NCBI GenBank assembly: GCA_040218735.1
Contig: JAVJQW010000060.1
Coordinates: 1 to 64,000 of the forward strand
Source: Deltaproteobacteria bacterium
Lineage (GTDB): Bacteria > Myxococcota > Kuafuiibacteriia > Kuafuiibacteriales > Kuafuiibacteriaceae
Direction: 5' to 3'
DNA: 64,000 nucleotides
Positions 20,578-30,295 of the stretch are shown in pieces (position 1 is the first letter of the stretch; every line of letters begins with the position of its first letter). The notes below the pieces were generated by a model. The model had not been told where the DNA came from and searched no databases. It saw only the letters and a list, made by a program, of their open reading frames with translations. The position numbers were made by a program, and so were the translations under genes.

Positions 20578-20622
20578 GGCGCCACGAGGTAACACCGATG
20601 TCCGCGGGAACGAAGCGTGGCG

Positions 20623-21858
20623 CTACAGATCCGCGGTCGAGACGTGCGAGGGGACCGGCGCGAGGTCCTCCGACTCGCCGGTGCTCTCCTTTACGCGGAG
20701 CACCCGACCGAGCAGCAACACCGCCGGCGCGACGGCGGCCGAGAACAACGCGCCCATCTTGGCGGCGCCGGCGAGGCCCGGATCCGTGAAGGCGACGCCC
20801 GCGACGAACAGCGCGACGGTGAGGCCGAGCGCCGCCGTGAGGCCCGCGACGAGGAGCGAGCGCGCGTTCATCCCCTCGGGGAGGCTGAAGCCGACCAGGT
20901 GCCCGACGTACGAGAAGCCGAAGATGCCGAGCGTCTTGCCCACCACCAGCGCGAGCAGCACGGCGACGGTCGCGTTGCCGACGTTCGAGAACTGAACGCC
21001 CGCGTTGGCGAGGCCGAAGCCGAACAGGCCGAAGTCGACCGGCATCTTGAAGAAGTGCTCGAAGTTGTTGAGCGTGTCGACGTACTTCTTGCCGGAGCTC
21101 GCCTCCGCGTAGAGGCCGTCGTCGTGGCCCATGTTCGGCATGAACGGGACGACCGGCACCAACGCGAGCGCGGGGTGCAGGTGCGCGAGGAACAGGCCCG
21201 CCCAGGACATCACACCGGGGACGAGGAGGTAGGGCCAAAAGCTCTGCACGTTCTTCTTGCGCAGGCCGAACGCGACCGCGGCGGCGGCGGCGACGAGCAC
21301 GAGGAAGATCGGCTGCACCGGGTGCGCCGGGTCCGGATAGAAGATCGCGATGATGCCGAGGCCGATGCCGTCGTCCGCGACGGCGAGGAGGAGCAGGAAG
21401 CTCACCGCGGGGTGCGAGCCGCCGAACACCATGCGCGCGACGAGCCACGCGAGCGCGATGTCGGTCGCGGTCGGGATGCCCCAGCCGCGCGCGATGGTGG
21501 CGTCACCCGTGAACGCGACCCACGCGAAGTAAACCCCGACCGGCCCGAGGACGCCGCCGATGGTGCCGAGGAGCGGGTTGATCGCCTTCTTCGGAGGGTT
21601 GAGCGCGCCGCCGGGCAGGCAGGCCTCGGTGATCTCCTTCGCCGCCAGCCCGAAGAACAGCGCCATGAACAGGTCGTTCATGACGAAGTGCAGGTTCAGG
21701 TGGCTGTCCGCTCCGAACGGCGAGCCGTGCGTCAGCACGTGGTAGAAGTGCGGCGCGACGTTGGCGAGCACCAGCGCGCTCACCACCCCGGCGATCAGCG
21801 GGATCGAGAACTCTTGGAGGATCGCGATCGGACGGGGGACAGAAGAATGATGACTCAC
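20623..21858 (-). CDS. nhaA: Na+/H+ antiporter NhaA
   Basis: MND, GWGIPTATDIA, LAVADD, GLANAGV, GKTLGI. Confidence 0.9.
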   Translation of the reverse strand: MSHHSSVPRPIAILQEFSIPLIAGVVSALVLANVAPHFYHVLTHGSPFGADSHLNLHFVMNDLFMALFFGLAAKEITEACLPGGALNPPKKAINPLLGTIGGVLGPVGVYFAWVAFTGDATIARGWGIPTATDIALAWLVARMVFGGSHPAVSFLLLLAVADDGIGLGIIAIFYPDPAHPVQPIFLVLVAAAAAVAFGLRKKNVQSFWPYLLVPGVMSWAGLFLAHLHPALALVPVVPFMPNMGHDDGLYAEASSGKKYVDTLNNFEHFFKMPVDFGLFGFGLANAGVQFSNVGNATVAVLLALVVGKTLGIFGFSYVGHLVGFSLPEGMNARSLLVAGLTAALGLTVALFVAGVAFTDPGLAGAAKMGALFSAAVAPAVLLLGRVLRVKESTGESEDLAPVPSHVSTADL

Positions 21859-21992
21859 GTAGGCCTCGCTTTCTCGGGGTTTCTATCGGCGCATCCGTGG
21901 GCGACACGAGAACCGTCGGAGTTTCTTGGGCTTTCGGTGACTCAGGCTGGTGCGGGACGGGGAATCCAGCGGCGTTCTGAGAGGTTGTACGC

Positions 21993-22244
21993 GTGATGGG
22001 ATTTGTCTTCCTGCTGATTCAAGGCATCACGATCCTCGTGTTCGTGGACGCAATCGCGAGCTGGTTGGTCGGTCCAGACCAGTTCCCGCGCAGCATTACC
22101 GGGCTCATCACGGAGCCGCTGTACCGGCCGATTCGCGCAATCCTGCGCCCCGAGAAGATGGGCGGGTTCGACCTGTCGCCCCTCGTCGTCATCTTCGCGC
22201 TGCAGGGCCTGCAGGGCCTGTTGATGCGCATACCGATGGGGTAA
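21993..22244 (+). CDS. YggT family membrane protein
   Basis: ITEPLYRPIR...GGFDLSP motif. Confidence 0.88.
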   Translation: MMGFVFLLIQGITILVFVDAIASWLVGPDQFPRSITGLITEPLYRPIRAILRPEKMGGFDLSPLVVIFALQGLQGLLMRIPMG

Positions 22245-22254
22245 TTCAACCCGC

Positions 22255-22884
22255 ATGACGCGGCGTATCTTCGTCGCCGGCTCGACCGGCGCCACCGGCC
22301 GCACGCTCTTCGCCCGCCACACCGGGCCCCACCTGATCCCGCACGTCCGACCCGCGACCGCCGCCAAGAACGGAACATCCGAACGCGCGCTCGTGGCGGA
22401 CCTCACGGACCACGACGCCCTGCACGCCGCGCTCGCGACGTGCACCACGATCGTCCAGCTCATCGGCACGATGCGGAAACGCTTCGCGTCCGGCGACACC
22501 TACGCGACGAGCGACATCGGCACGACCCAGCAGCTCGTGGACGCCGCGCGGGGCACCGCCGTCGATCACGTCGTGCTCCTCAGCTCGGTCGGGGCGGGGC
22601 GCCCGATGGGGGCCTACCTCGAAGCCAAGGCCGAGGCGGAGCGCATCGTCCGCGACAGCGGGATCGAGCACACGATCTTTCGGCCCTCCGCGTTCCGCGG
22701 CGAGGGGCACCGTCCGCCGCCGGGGATGGGCACGCTCACGCGCGCGCTCGGCCTCGCGAAGTATCAGCCGATCCCGATCGAGGAGCTCGCCGACGCGATC
22801 CATCACGTCGCCGTGGCGCGCGGCCCGATGGGGGTGCTCGAAGGCGACGCGCTGTGGCGGGTGGTCCGAAGCGCGACCGCATAG
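22255..22884 (+). CDS. NAD(P)-binding Rossmann protein (atypical SDR)
   Basis: VAGSTGATG, LLSSVGA, YLEAKAEAE, TIFRPS. Confidence 0.85.
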   Translation: MTRRIFVAGSTGATGRTLFARHTGPHLIPHVRPATAAKNGTSERALVADLTDHDALHAALATCTTIVQLIGTMRKRFASGDTYATSDIGTTQQLVDAARGTAVDHVVLLSSVGAGRPMGAYLEAKAEAERIVRDSGIEHTIFRPSAFRGEGHRPPPGMGTLTRALGLAKYQPIPIEELADAIHHVAVARGPMGVLEGDALWRVVRSATA

Positions 22885-22887
22885 GCA

Positions 22888-22924
22888 TTGACGCCCCACG
22901 GACTCAATCGTATATCGACGATAG
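22888..22924 (+). promoter_or_regulatory. Sigma70-type promoter overlapped by a putative ArsR operator
   Basis: TTGACG (22888) - 17 nt - TATATC (22911); inverted repeat ATCGT-N6-ACGAT at 22907-22922. Confidence 0.65.
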
Positions 22925-22926
22925 AC

Positions 22927-23271
22927 GTGGCGACCCGAGCCAAGAAGGCGGACGCCTGCTGCCCACCCGCGGAGCCGACGCCGCCGGTGCCGAAGCGCGA
23001 GCAGGACGCCAACGAACACCTCGCGCGCCTCGCGAAGGCGCTCGGCCACCCTACGCGCGTCGCGATCGTTCGCCTCCTCGTGCGGCAGGAAGGCTGCATC
23101 GTCGGTGACATCGTCGACGAGCTCCCGCTCGCGCAGTCGACCGTGTCCCAACACCTCAAGCAGCTGAAGGAGGCGGGTCTCATCCGCGGCGACGTCGACG
23201 GGCCGCGTGTTTGTTACTGCGTCGAGCCGGGGACCGTCGCGCTCCTGAAGGCGCTGGTGGCCGCGCTGTGA
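22927..23271 (+). CDS. arsR: ArsR/SmtB family repressor
   Basis: [27 protein letters not shown]; N-terminal CC; precedes ars genes. Confidence 0.9.
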   Translation: MATRAKKADACCPPAEPTPPVPKREQDANEHLARLAKALGHPTRVAIVRLLVRQEGCIVGDIVDELPLAQSTVSQHLKQLKEAGLIRGDVDGPRVCYCVEPGTVALLKALVAAL

Positions 23272-23285
23272 AGGCGCGACCTCAA

Positions 23286-23304
23286 AATCGTGTATCGACG
23301 ATAG
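23286..23304 (+). promoter_or_regulatory. Second copy of the putative ArsR operator
   Basis: AATCGTGTATCGACGATAG, one mismatch from 22906-22924. Confidence 0.65.
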
Positions 23305-23314
23305 GCGAATAGTC

Positions 23315-24346
<1,032 letters not shown>

Positions 24347-24355
24347 GCCCACGTC

Positions 24356-24795
<440 letters not shown>

Positions 24796-24799
<4 letters not shown>

Positions 24800-25515
24800 G
24801 CTACCACGACGGCCAACCGCCTCCGCTCGCGCGCCCGAAGTTCCCAGAGGTCACGCTGCGCGACGACCCGCCCCGCATCCTCATGCTCTACGGGTCGCTG
24901 CGCGAGCGTTCGTTCAGTCGACTCCTCGCCGAAGAGGCCGGGCGCATCCTGGAGGGGCTCGGGTGCGAGGTGCGGTTCTACGACCCCGTCGGGCTCCCGG
25001 TGAAGGCGCCGGGCCTCGACGATCACCCGAAGGTGCAAGAGCTCCGCGAGTTGTCGTTGTGGTCCGAGGGGCAGGTGTGGTCGTGCCCGGAGATGCACGG
25101 CACGATCACCGGCGTCTTCAAGAACCAGATCGACTGGATCCCGCTCTCCCTCGGCGCGGTGCGCCCCACACAGGGCCGCACGCTCGCGGTGATGCAGGTG
25201 TGCGGCGGCTCCCAGTCGTTCAACGTGGTGAACACGCTGCGGGTCCTCGGGCGCTGGATGCGGATGCTGACGATCCCGAACCAGTCGTCCGTCGCGAAGG
25301 CCTACCAGGAGTTCGACGAAGACGGGCGGATGAAGGACTCGCCGTACCGCGACCGCGTCGTCGACGTGATGGAGGAGCTGTACAAGTTCACGGTGCTGAC
25401 GCGCGACGTGAGTGACTTCCTCGTCGACCGCTACAGCGAGCGGCGCGAAGCCCACGCGAAAGCGGCGCTCGACCCGGACAACCCGAAGCACCTCATCCCC
25501 GAAGACGGGCTGTGA
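24796..25515 (+). CDS. arsH: Arsenical resistance protein ArsH
   Basis: [38 protein letters not shown]. Confidence 0.95.
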
Positions 25516-25519
25516 GGAT

Positions 25520-26293
25520 TCACAGCGAGAAAAATGCCGCGGCGGTCTTCGTGGTCACGTCCGCGACGTGCTCCGGCGTGACGCCCCGCGCCTCGGCGAC
25601 GGTGTCGCGCACGTAGGTCAGGAACGCCGGCTCGTTGCGGCCGCCCTTCGGGCGCGGACGCATCGTGCGGGGGAACAGGTACGGTGCGTCGGTCTCGATC
25701 ATCAGACGGTCGTCGCCGATCAGCTTTACGTCTTCGAGCAGGTGCGTGCCGCGACGCTCGTCGCAGATCCAACCGGTGATGCCGACGTGCAGATCGAGGT
25801 CGAGGTACGCCTTCAGCTCGTCCCGCGTGCCCGTGTAGCAGTGAATGACCGCGCCCTTCAGCGCGTCGCGGTGCTGGCGGAGGATCGCGACGAAGCGTTC
25901 GTGCGCCGCGCGCTCGTGGAGGAACACGGGCAGCTGGAGCTTCGCGGCGAGCTCGAGCTGCGCTTCGAACCAGCGCTCCTGCACGGGCCGCGGGGAGAAG
26001 TCGCGATCGAAGTCGAGGCCGCACTCGCCGATCGCGACGACGCGCGCTCTCGAAGCGAGCTCGGTGAGCGTGTCGATCGTCGCGCCGTCACAGGACTTCG
26101 CGTCGTGCGGGTGCACGCCGGCCGTCGCGTACTGCGCCTTGTCGTCGGCCATCGCCGCCGCCGCGCGGCTCGCGCCGACGCTCGTCCCGGTGATCACCAC
26201 GCGGTCGACGCCCGCCTCCGCGGCGCGCGCGAGCACGCCGTCGAGGTCCTTCGCGAAGCGTTTGTTCGTGAGGTTGACGCCGATGTCGATCAC
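25520..26293 (-). CDS. tatD: TatD family DNase
   Basis: DIGVNL, TAGVHPH, IGECGLD, LHER, IHCYTG, ETDAPY, RNEP. Confidence 0.93.
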   Translation of the reverse strand: MIDIGVNLTNKRFAKDLDGVLARAAEAGVDRVVITGTSVGASRAAAAMADDKAQYATAGVHPHDAKSCDGATIDTLTELASRARVVAIGECGLDFDRDFSPRPVQERWFEAQLELAAKLQLPVFLHERAAHERFVAILRQHRDALKGAVIHCYTGTRDELKAYLDLDLHVGITGWICDERRGTHLLEDVKLIGDDRLMIETDAPYLFPRTMRPRPKGGRNEPAFLTYVRDTVAEARGVTPEHVADVTTKTAAAFFSL

Positions 26294-27534
26294 TTCTGGC
26301 CGGGAAGAGACAGCGTGCCCATCTCCCCCGTCAAGCTCACGGCGCCGGCGCCCTGGTCCTCGTCCGCGATCGACAGCCCGCCCGGCGCGTGCGCGAGGCG
26401 CGACTGGATCCGCGCGAGCGCGTCCTCCGCCTTGGTGCGGAGGACGGCGTCGACCAACCCGTTGAGCACACGCCGCAGCTCGGGCACGGCGTCTCGCCCG
26501 CCCGCGATGCCGAGGGCCTCCGCCGCCGCGAGCTTCGCTTCCAGACTCTGGTACCTCAGCGTGCGGAAGAGCTGCGGCTCGTACGGGGTCTGACCCTGGG
26601 CGACGGCGGCGACCCACCGGCACGTCGCCGCGACCGTCTCGGCGTCGTCGCGTCCGAAGAGGTACGTGACGATCGCGTCGGGGAGCGCGAGACGGTGCCT
26701 TCGCGCGAAGTCGAGCGCGTGCAGGCGCGTCGCGCCGTCCTGGTGACGGAGCACCTTGGTGAGTGTCTCGATGCGCGCTTCGGCGTCGAGCGCGGTGAGG
26801 AGCCGCGTGAGCGCGAGGAGGCGGACGCGTGTGGGCGCGCGCTTCGCATGGAAGATCGCTTCGACGTGGGCGAGGTCGCTCGGGTCGTGCGCCGCGAGGT
26901 GCGTGGCCGCGTCGAGTCGAAGCTCGTAGTCGAAGTGCGCGAGCAGCATTCGCGCGGCGCGGCGCGTCTCGATGTCGTCGCCGAAGTACGTCGTCATCAG
27001 CCCGAAGTTCTTGCGACGCACGGCGACGCGCTCGTCGCTCGTGACGTTGTTTGCGAGGCGCTCGACGACGGGCGCGTCGTTGGAGAGCACCCGTACGAGA
27101 TCGAGCATGCGCCGGACGAACTTTGCGACGGCTTTTCCGTCGAGCTCGCCAGAGATGCGTCCGCGGAGGACGCGCGCCGAGCCTTCTTCGAGTCGCACCT
27201 GGCGGTGCGCGACGGTCGCCCCGCCCTTCACGACCACGTCGACCGTGGCGGCGCGCGCTTCGTGGTGCATGAGCGAGAGCGTCGCGGCCTCGGGGCCCAT
27301 CAGGAACACGCGGGCGTCGAAGCCTTCGTCGCTGGTCTGCAGTCCGCGGAACGGCGCGGAGGTGGAGATGGGTCGGATGGTGAGGTCGGCGAACGTGGGG
27401 CCGCCCTGGACCACGACACGTTCGAGGCGGCCGTCCTTCTTGCCCTCGATGCGGACTTCGCATCCGTCGACGACGCCCGCCAGGGTGCGGGCGAAGAACG
27501 ACTTCGACAGCTCGAGGCCGAGCTCCCAAGCCAC
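26290..27534 (-). CDS. HEAT-repeat-containing hypothetical protein
   Basis: Helical repeats such as KLAAAEALGIAGGRDAVPEL; overlaps the tatD start (GTGA). Confidence 0.7.
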   Translation of the reverse strand: MAWELGLELSKSFFARTLAGVVDGCEVRIEGKKDGRLERVVVQGGPTFADLTIRPISTSAPFRGLQTSDEGFDARVFLMGPEAATLSLMHHEARAATVDVVVKGGATVAHRQVRLEEGSARVLRGRISGELDGKAVAKFVRRMLDLVRVLSNDAPVVERLANNVTSDERVAVRRKNFGLMTTYFGDDIETRRAARMLLAHFDYELRLDAATHLAAHDPSDLAHVEAIFHAKRAPTRVRLLALTRLLTALDAEARIETLTKVLRHQDGATRLHALDFARRHRLALPDAIVTYLFGRDDAETVAATCRWVAAVAQGQTPYEPQLFRTLRYQSLEAKLAAAEALGIAGGRDAVPELRRVLNGLVDAVLRTKAEDALARIQSRLAHAPGGLSIADEDQGAGAVSLTGEMGTLSLPGQK

Positions 27535-27638
27535 GCGGGCGTACGCCTCGTCGGCGTAGTCACTCTGAAAGACGAAGAACGACGTGTCGCTTGCCTCCGG
27601 TCCGATCGATGATGCAGAACGCGCCTCGTCAGATCCAG

Positions 27639-28280
27639 ATGGCCCGCGTACGCTTCTACTTCGACTTCATCTCGCCCTACAGCTACCTCGCGAGCCAGCT
27701 CGTGCGGCGGGCCCCCTACGACGCGCTCGACCTCGAGTACGTCCCGGTCACGTTCGGCAGCATCCTCGCCAAGCTCGACGCGAAGGGTCCCGGCGAGATC
27801 CCGCACCGCCGCAAACACCAGCTGATGGACGTCTTGCTGCTCGCGCGGCACCTCGGGCTCCCCTGCGAGGGACCGCCCACGCACCCCTTCAACTCGGTCT
27901 ACGCGCTCCGCTCGGTGTGCGCGGTCCAGGACCCGGCGAAGCGCGCCGAGCTGACGACGGCGTACTTCGCGGCGACCTGGGGCCGGGGTGAGGCGCTCGA
28001 CGACCTCGCGGTGCTGCGGCGCATTCTCGGGGAGGTCGGAATCGACCACGACCCGGAGGAGGTCGCGACCACGCGCGAGCACCGCGCCGCGCTGAAGGCG
28101 AACACCAAGGCGCTGCTCGAGGCGGGGGGCTGGGGGGTGCCGACGTTCGAGGTCGACGGCCTGCTCTTCTGGGGGCAGGACCGGCTGGACCTCTTGCTGG
28201 CGTATCTGGAGCGAGGTGATGCGCCCGTCGCGGAGCGCGACGCGTTGCTGACGAGGCCTCAGCCCGGGCGCATCACCTGA
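27639..28280 (+). CDS. 2-hydroxychromene-2-carboxylate isomerase / DsbA-family GST-kappa
   Basis: FYFDFISPYSYLA, GVPTF, FWGQDRL; start could be 27609. Confidence 0.9.
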   Translation: MARVRFYFDFISPYSYLASQLVRRAPYDALDLEYVPVTFGSILAKLDAKGPGEIPHRRKHQLMDVLLLARHLGLPCEGPPTHPFNSVYALRSVCAVQDPAKRAELTTAYFAATWGRGEALDDLAVLRRILGEVGIDHDPEEVATTREHRAALKANTKALLEAGGWGVPTFEVDGLLFWGQDRLDLLLAYLERGDAPVAERDALLTRPQPGRIT

Positions 28281-28283
28281 GCG

Positions 28284-30257
28284 TCACTCGTAGATGAGGG
28301 TGACGGGGTCGGCCTGCGCGTATTGGCCGTCCACGACGAACTCCACCGAGGCCTTGCTGACCTCCGACCCAACGATCGGGAGGTCGCTGATCTTGAAGAA
28401 CTGCCCCTGGATCGGTCCCGGCGGGATCTCGTGGAGGTCGAAGATGGCTTCCTTGTCGTCGAACCCGACCACGCGGAGCTTGGCGTCCTCGATCGCGTCC
28501 GGCGCGTCGTCGGCGATGCCGATGTAGAGCAGCGCCGACGGGTCGTCGCCGAGGAAGAGGCCGCACGTCGGGCACGCGATGATAATCGGCTGCGGGACCA
28601 TGTGCGGCACCGAATAGGGCGTGTGGAACTGGGCGCTCGGGCACGGGTTCGAGGTGCCCGCGGGCGCGTGGGAGTACAGCGTCGCGTAACACGGAAAGCC
28701 CAGCTCCTGCCCCGTCACGGCGCCGCCGAAGTCGAGCTCGGTCATGGTCGTGGCGGCGAAGCTCAGGTTCGTCGCGCTTTGGTCGGCCCCCGGGTCGCCC
28801 GCGTCACAGCTCGGAACGTTGAGGCAGTCACCACGCAGGACACACACACGACGCACCGCCCGACAGAACGAGACGCGGCGCGTCTGGGTCGCGCAGGACG
28901 TACCGTTACAGAAATCGACACCGACGCCCGGGAGCGGGATCGCCCGGTTCTGGATCAGATCCATCACTTGGTGGCGTGACCACGTGGGCTGGTATGCCCA
29001 CACCGTTCCCGCCGTTGCGGCGACGGCCGCCGCGGCGACCGACGTACCGGTGAGCGCCGTCGAGTGCGGCTCGCCCACGCGCGTCATCGCGACGTGATCC
29101 GCCGGAGCGACGAGCCTCGGACGCGAACCCGCGCGCTCGATGATCAACGGTCGGTCTCGCCCATCGACGGCCCCCACTGCGTACAGCAGCGGCGTGTAGA
29201 CCCCGGCCTGTGACCCGATGGTGATCCCGAGGGGCGTGCAGCGCGTCTGGTCCGGCGCCGGCTCGGTCTCCCACCCCGCGGGGAAGGCCGGCCCGGTGGA
29301 GGCGCCCGCGCGGCCGGGGAGATTGCCGGCGGCGGCGATGACGAGCGCGCCGCGACACGCCGCGTAGGTGACCGCGGAGTACACCGCGCGCGTCGGGGGA
29401 TCGAGCGTGTTCCATCCGCTCGACACGTCGCCGCCCCAGTAGGGATCCCAACCCAAGCTGAGGTTGACGACGATCGGTCCGGAGCCCTGCGACGCGGCGA
29501 AGTCGACCGCCGAGACGATGGCGCGCGCGGTGTCACTCAGCCGACCGACGAAACCGCCGGACGACGTGTTCAAGACGAGCTCGTGCGTCACGCTGTCCCG
29601 CTCGAGCGCGATCGCGAGGGTCGAAGCCACGTCGACGCGGCACGTCGGACTCGTGTCCCCGAGGGGGCACCCCAGCTTTCGCCCGATCTCACCCATGATC
29701 CGACCGTGATCGAGCTGCCCGGTCCCTGGTTCCGGGAACCCGGTGTTGATCGCCGAGTCGACGACCATCATCCGAGCGCGAACCGGCGGGTTCATCGGCG
29801 GCGGGAAGAACTTCACCGTCGGCGGCGTGCGATCGTCGATCTGATCCAGGAACGCGGTCTCGTACGCGGCCGCGTTGTCCTGAGACCACTGCGACCCGTA
29901 GGCCGCGACGACGTTGCAGTCCGGCTTGGCGCCGGTGGGGAGCAACGACAGGTTCGGCGTCGGGCCCCCGTGCCAATCGTAGACGCAGTATCGCGCGAGC
30001 TCTTCGTCCGACGTCCCTGGGAACACGTGGGCGGCGTCCCAGTTGCCGACGCTCTTGCAGTCATAGGGCCCCGGCGCCGGCAGAATCGCGATCTGACGGG
30101 TTCCAGGACACGCCACTGCCTTGGAGGGCGGGTCGCTATAGCAGATTCCGGAAGCAGTACAGGACAACGCGTTCGTCGCAACGGCCAGCTCGTCCGGTTC
30201 GGCTCGGCACGCTACGAGAATCAAGGAAGTGAGGAGAAGTGCGTCAGATCGTCTCAT
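28284..30257 (-). CDS. S8 family (subtilisin-like) serine peptidase lipoprotein
   Basis: LVAC lipobox; VVDS (Asp), DHG (His), AAAGN, TGTSVAA (Ser). Confidence 0.85.
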   Translation of the reverse strand: MRRSDALLLTSLILVACRAEPDELAVATNALSCTASGICYSDPPSKAVACPGTRQIAILPAPGPYDCKSVGNWDAAHVFPGTSDEELARYCVYDWHGGPTPNLSLLPTGAKPDCNVVAAYGSQWSQDNAAAYETAFLDQIDDRTPPTVKFFPPPMNPPVRARMMVVDSAINTGFPEPGTGQLDHGRIMGEIGRKLGCPLGDTSPTCRVDVASTLAIALERDSVTHELVLNTSSGGFVGRLSDTARAIVSAVDFAASQGSGPIVVNLSLGWDPYWGGDVSSGWNTLDPPTRAVYSAVTYAACRGALVIAAAGNLPGRAGASTGPAFPAGWETEPAPDQTRCTPLGITIGSQAGVYTPLLYAVGAVDGRDRPLIIERAGSRPRLVAPADHVAMTRVGEPHSTALTGTSVAAAAVAATAGTVWAYQPTWSRHQVMDLIQNRAIPLPGVGVDFCNGTSCATQTRRVSFCRAVRRVCVLRGDCLNVPSCDAGDPGADQSATNLSFAATTMTELDFGGAVTGQELGFPCYATLYSHAPAGTSNPCPSAQFHTPYSVPHMVPQPIIIACPTCGLFLGDDPSALLYIGIADDAPDAIEDAKLRVVGFDDKEAIFDLHEIPPGPIQGQFFKISDLPIVGSEVSKASVEFVVDGQYAQADPVTLIYE

Positions 30258-30268
30258 CTTAGTCCCTC

Positions 30269-30295
30269 TATGCGGCGGCCCTCGAAAAACTCACG
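30269..30295 (-). promoter_or_regulatory. Putative ECF promoter CGTGAG-N16-GCATA for the S8 gene
   Basis: Minus strand CGTGAGtttttcgagggccgccGCATA; same boxes and spacing as the copies at 34473 and 34532. Confidence 0.65.
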
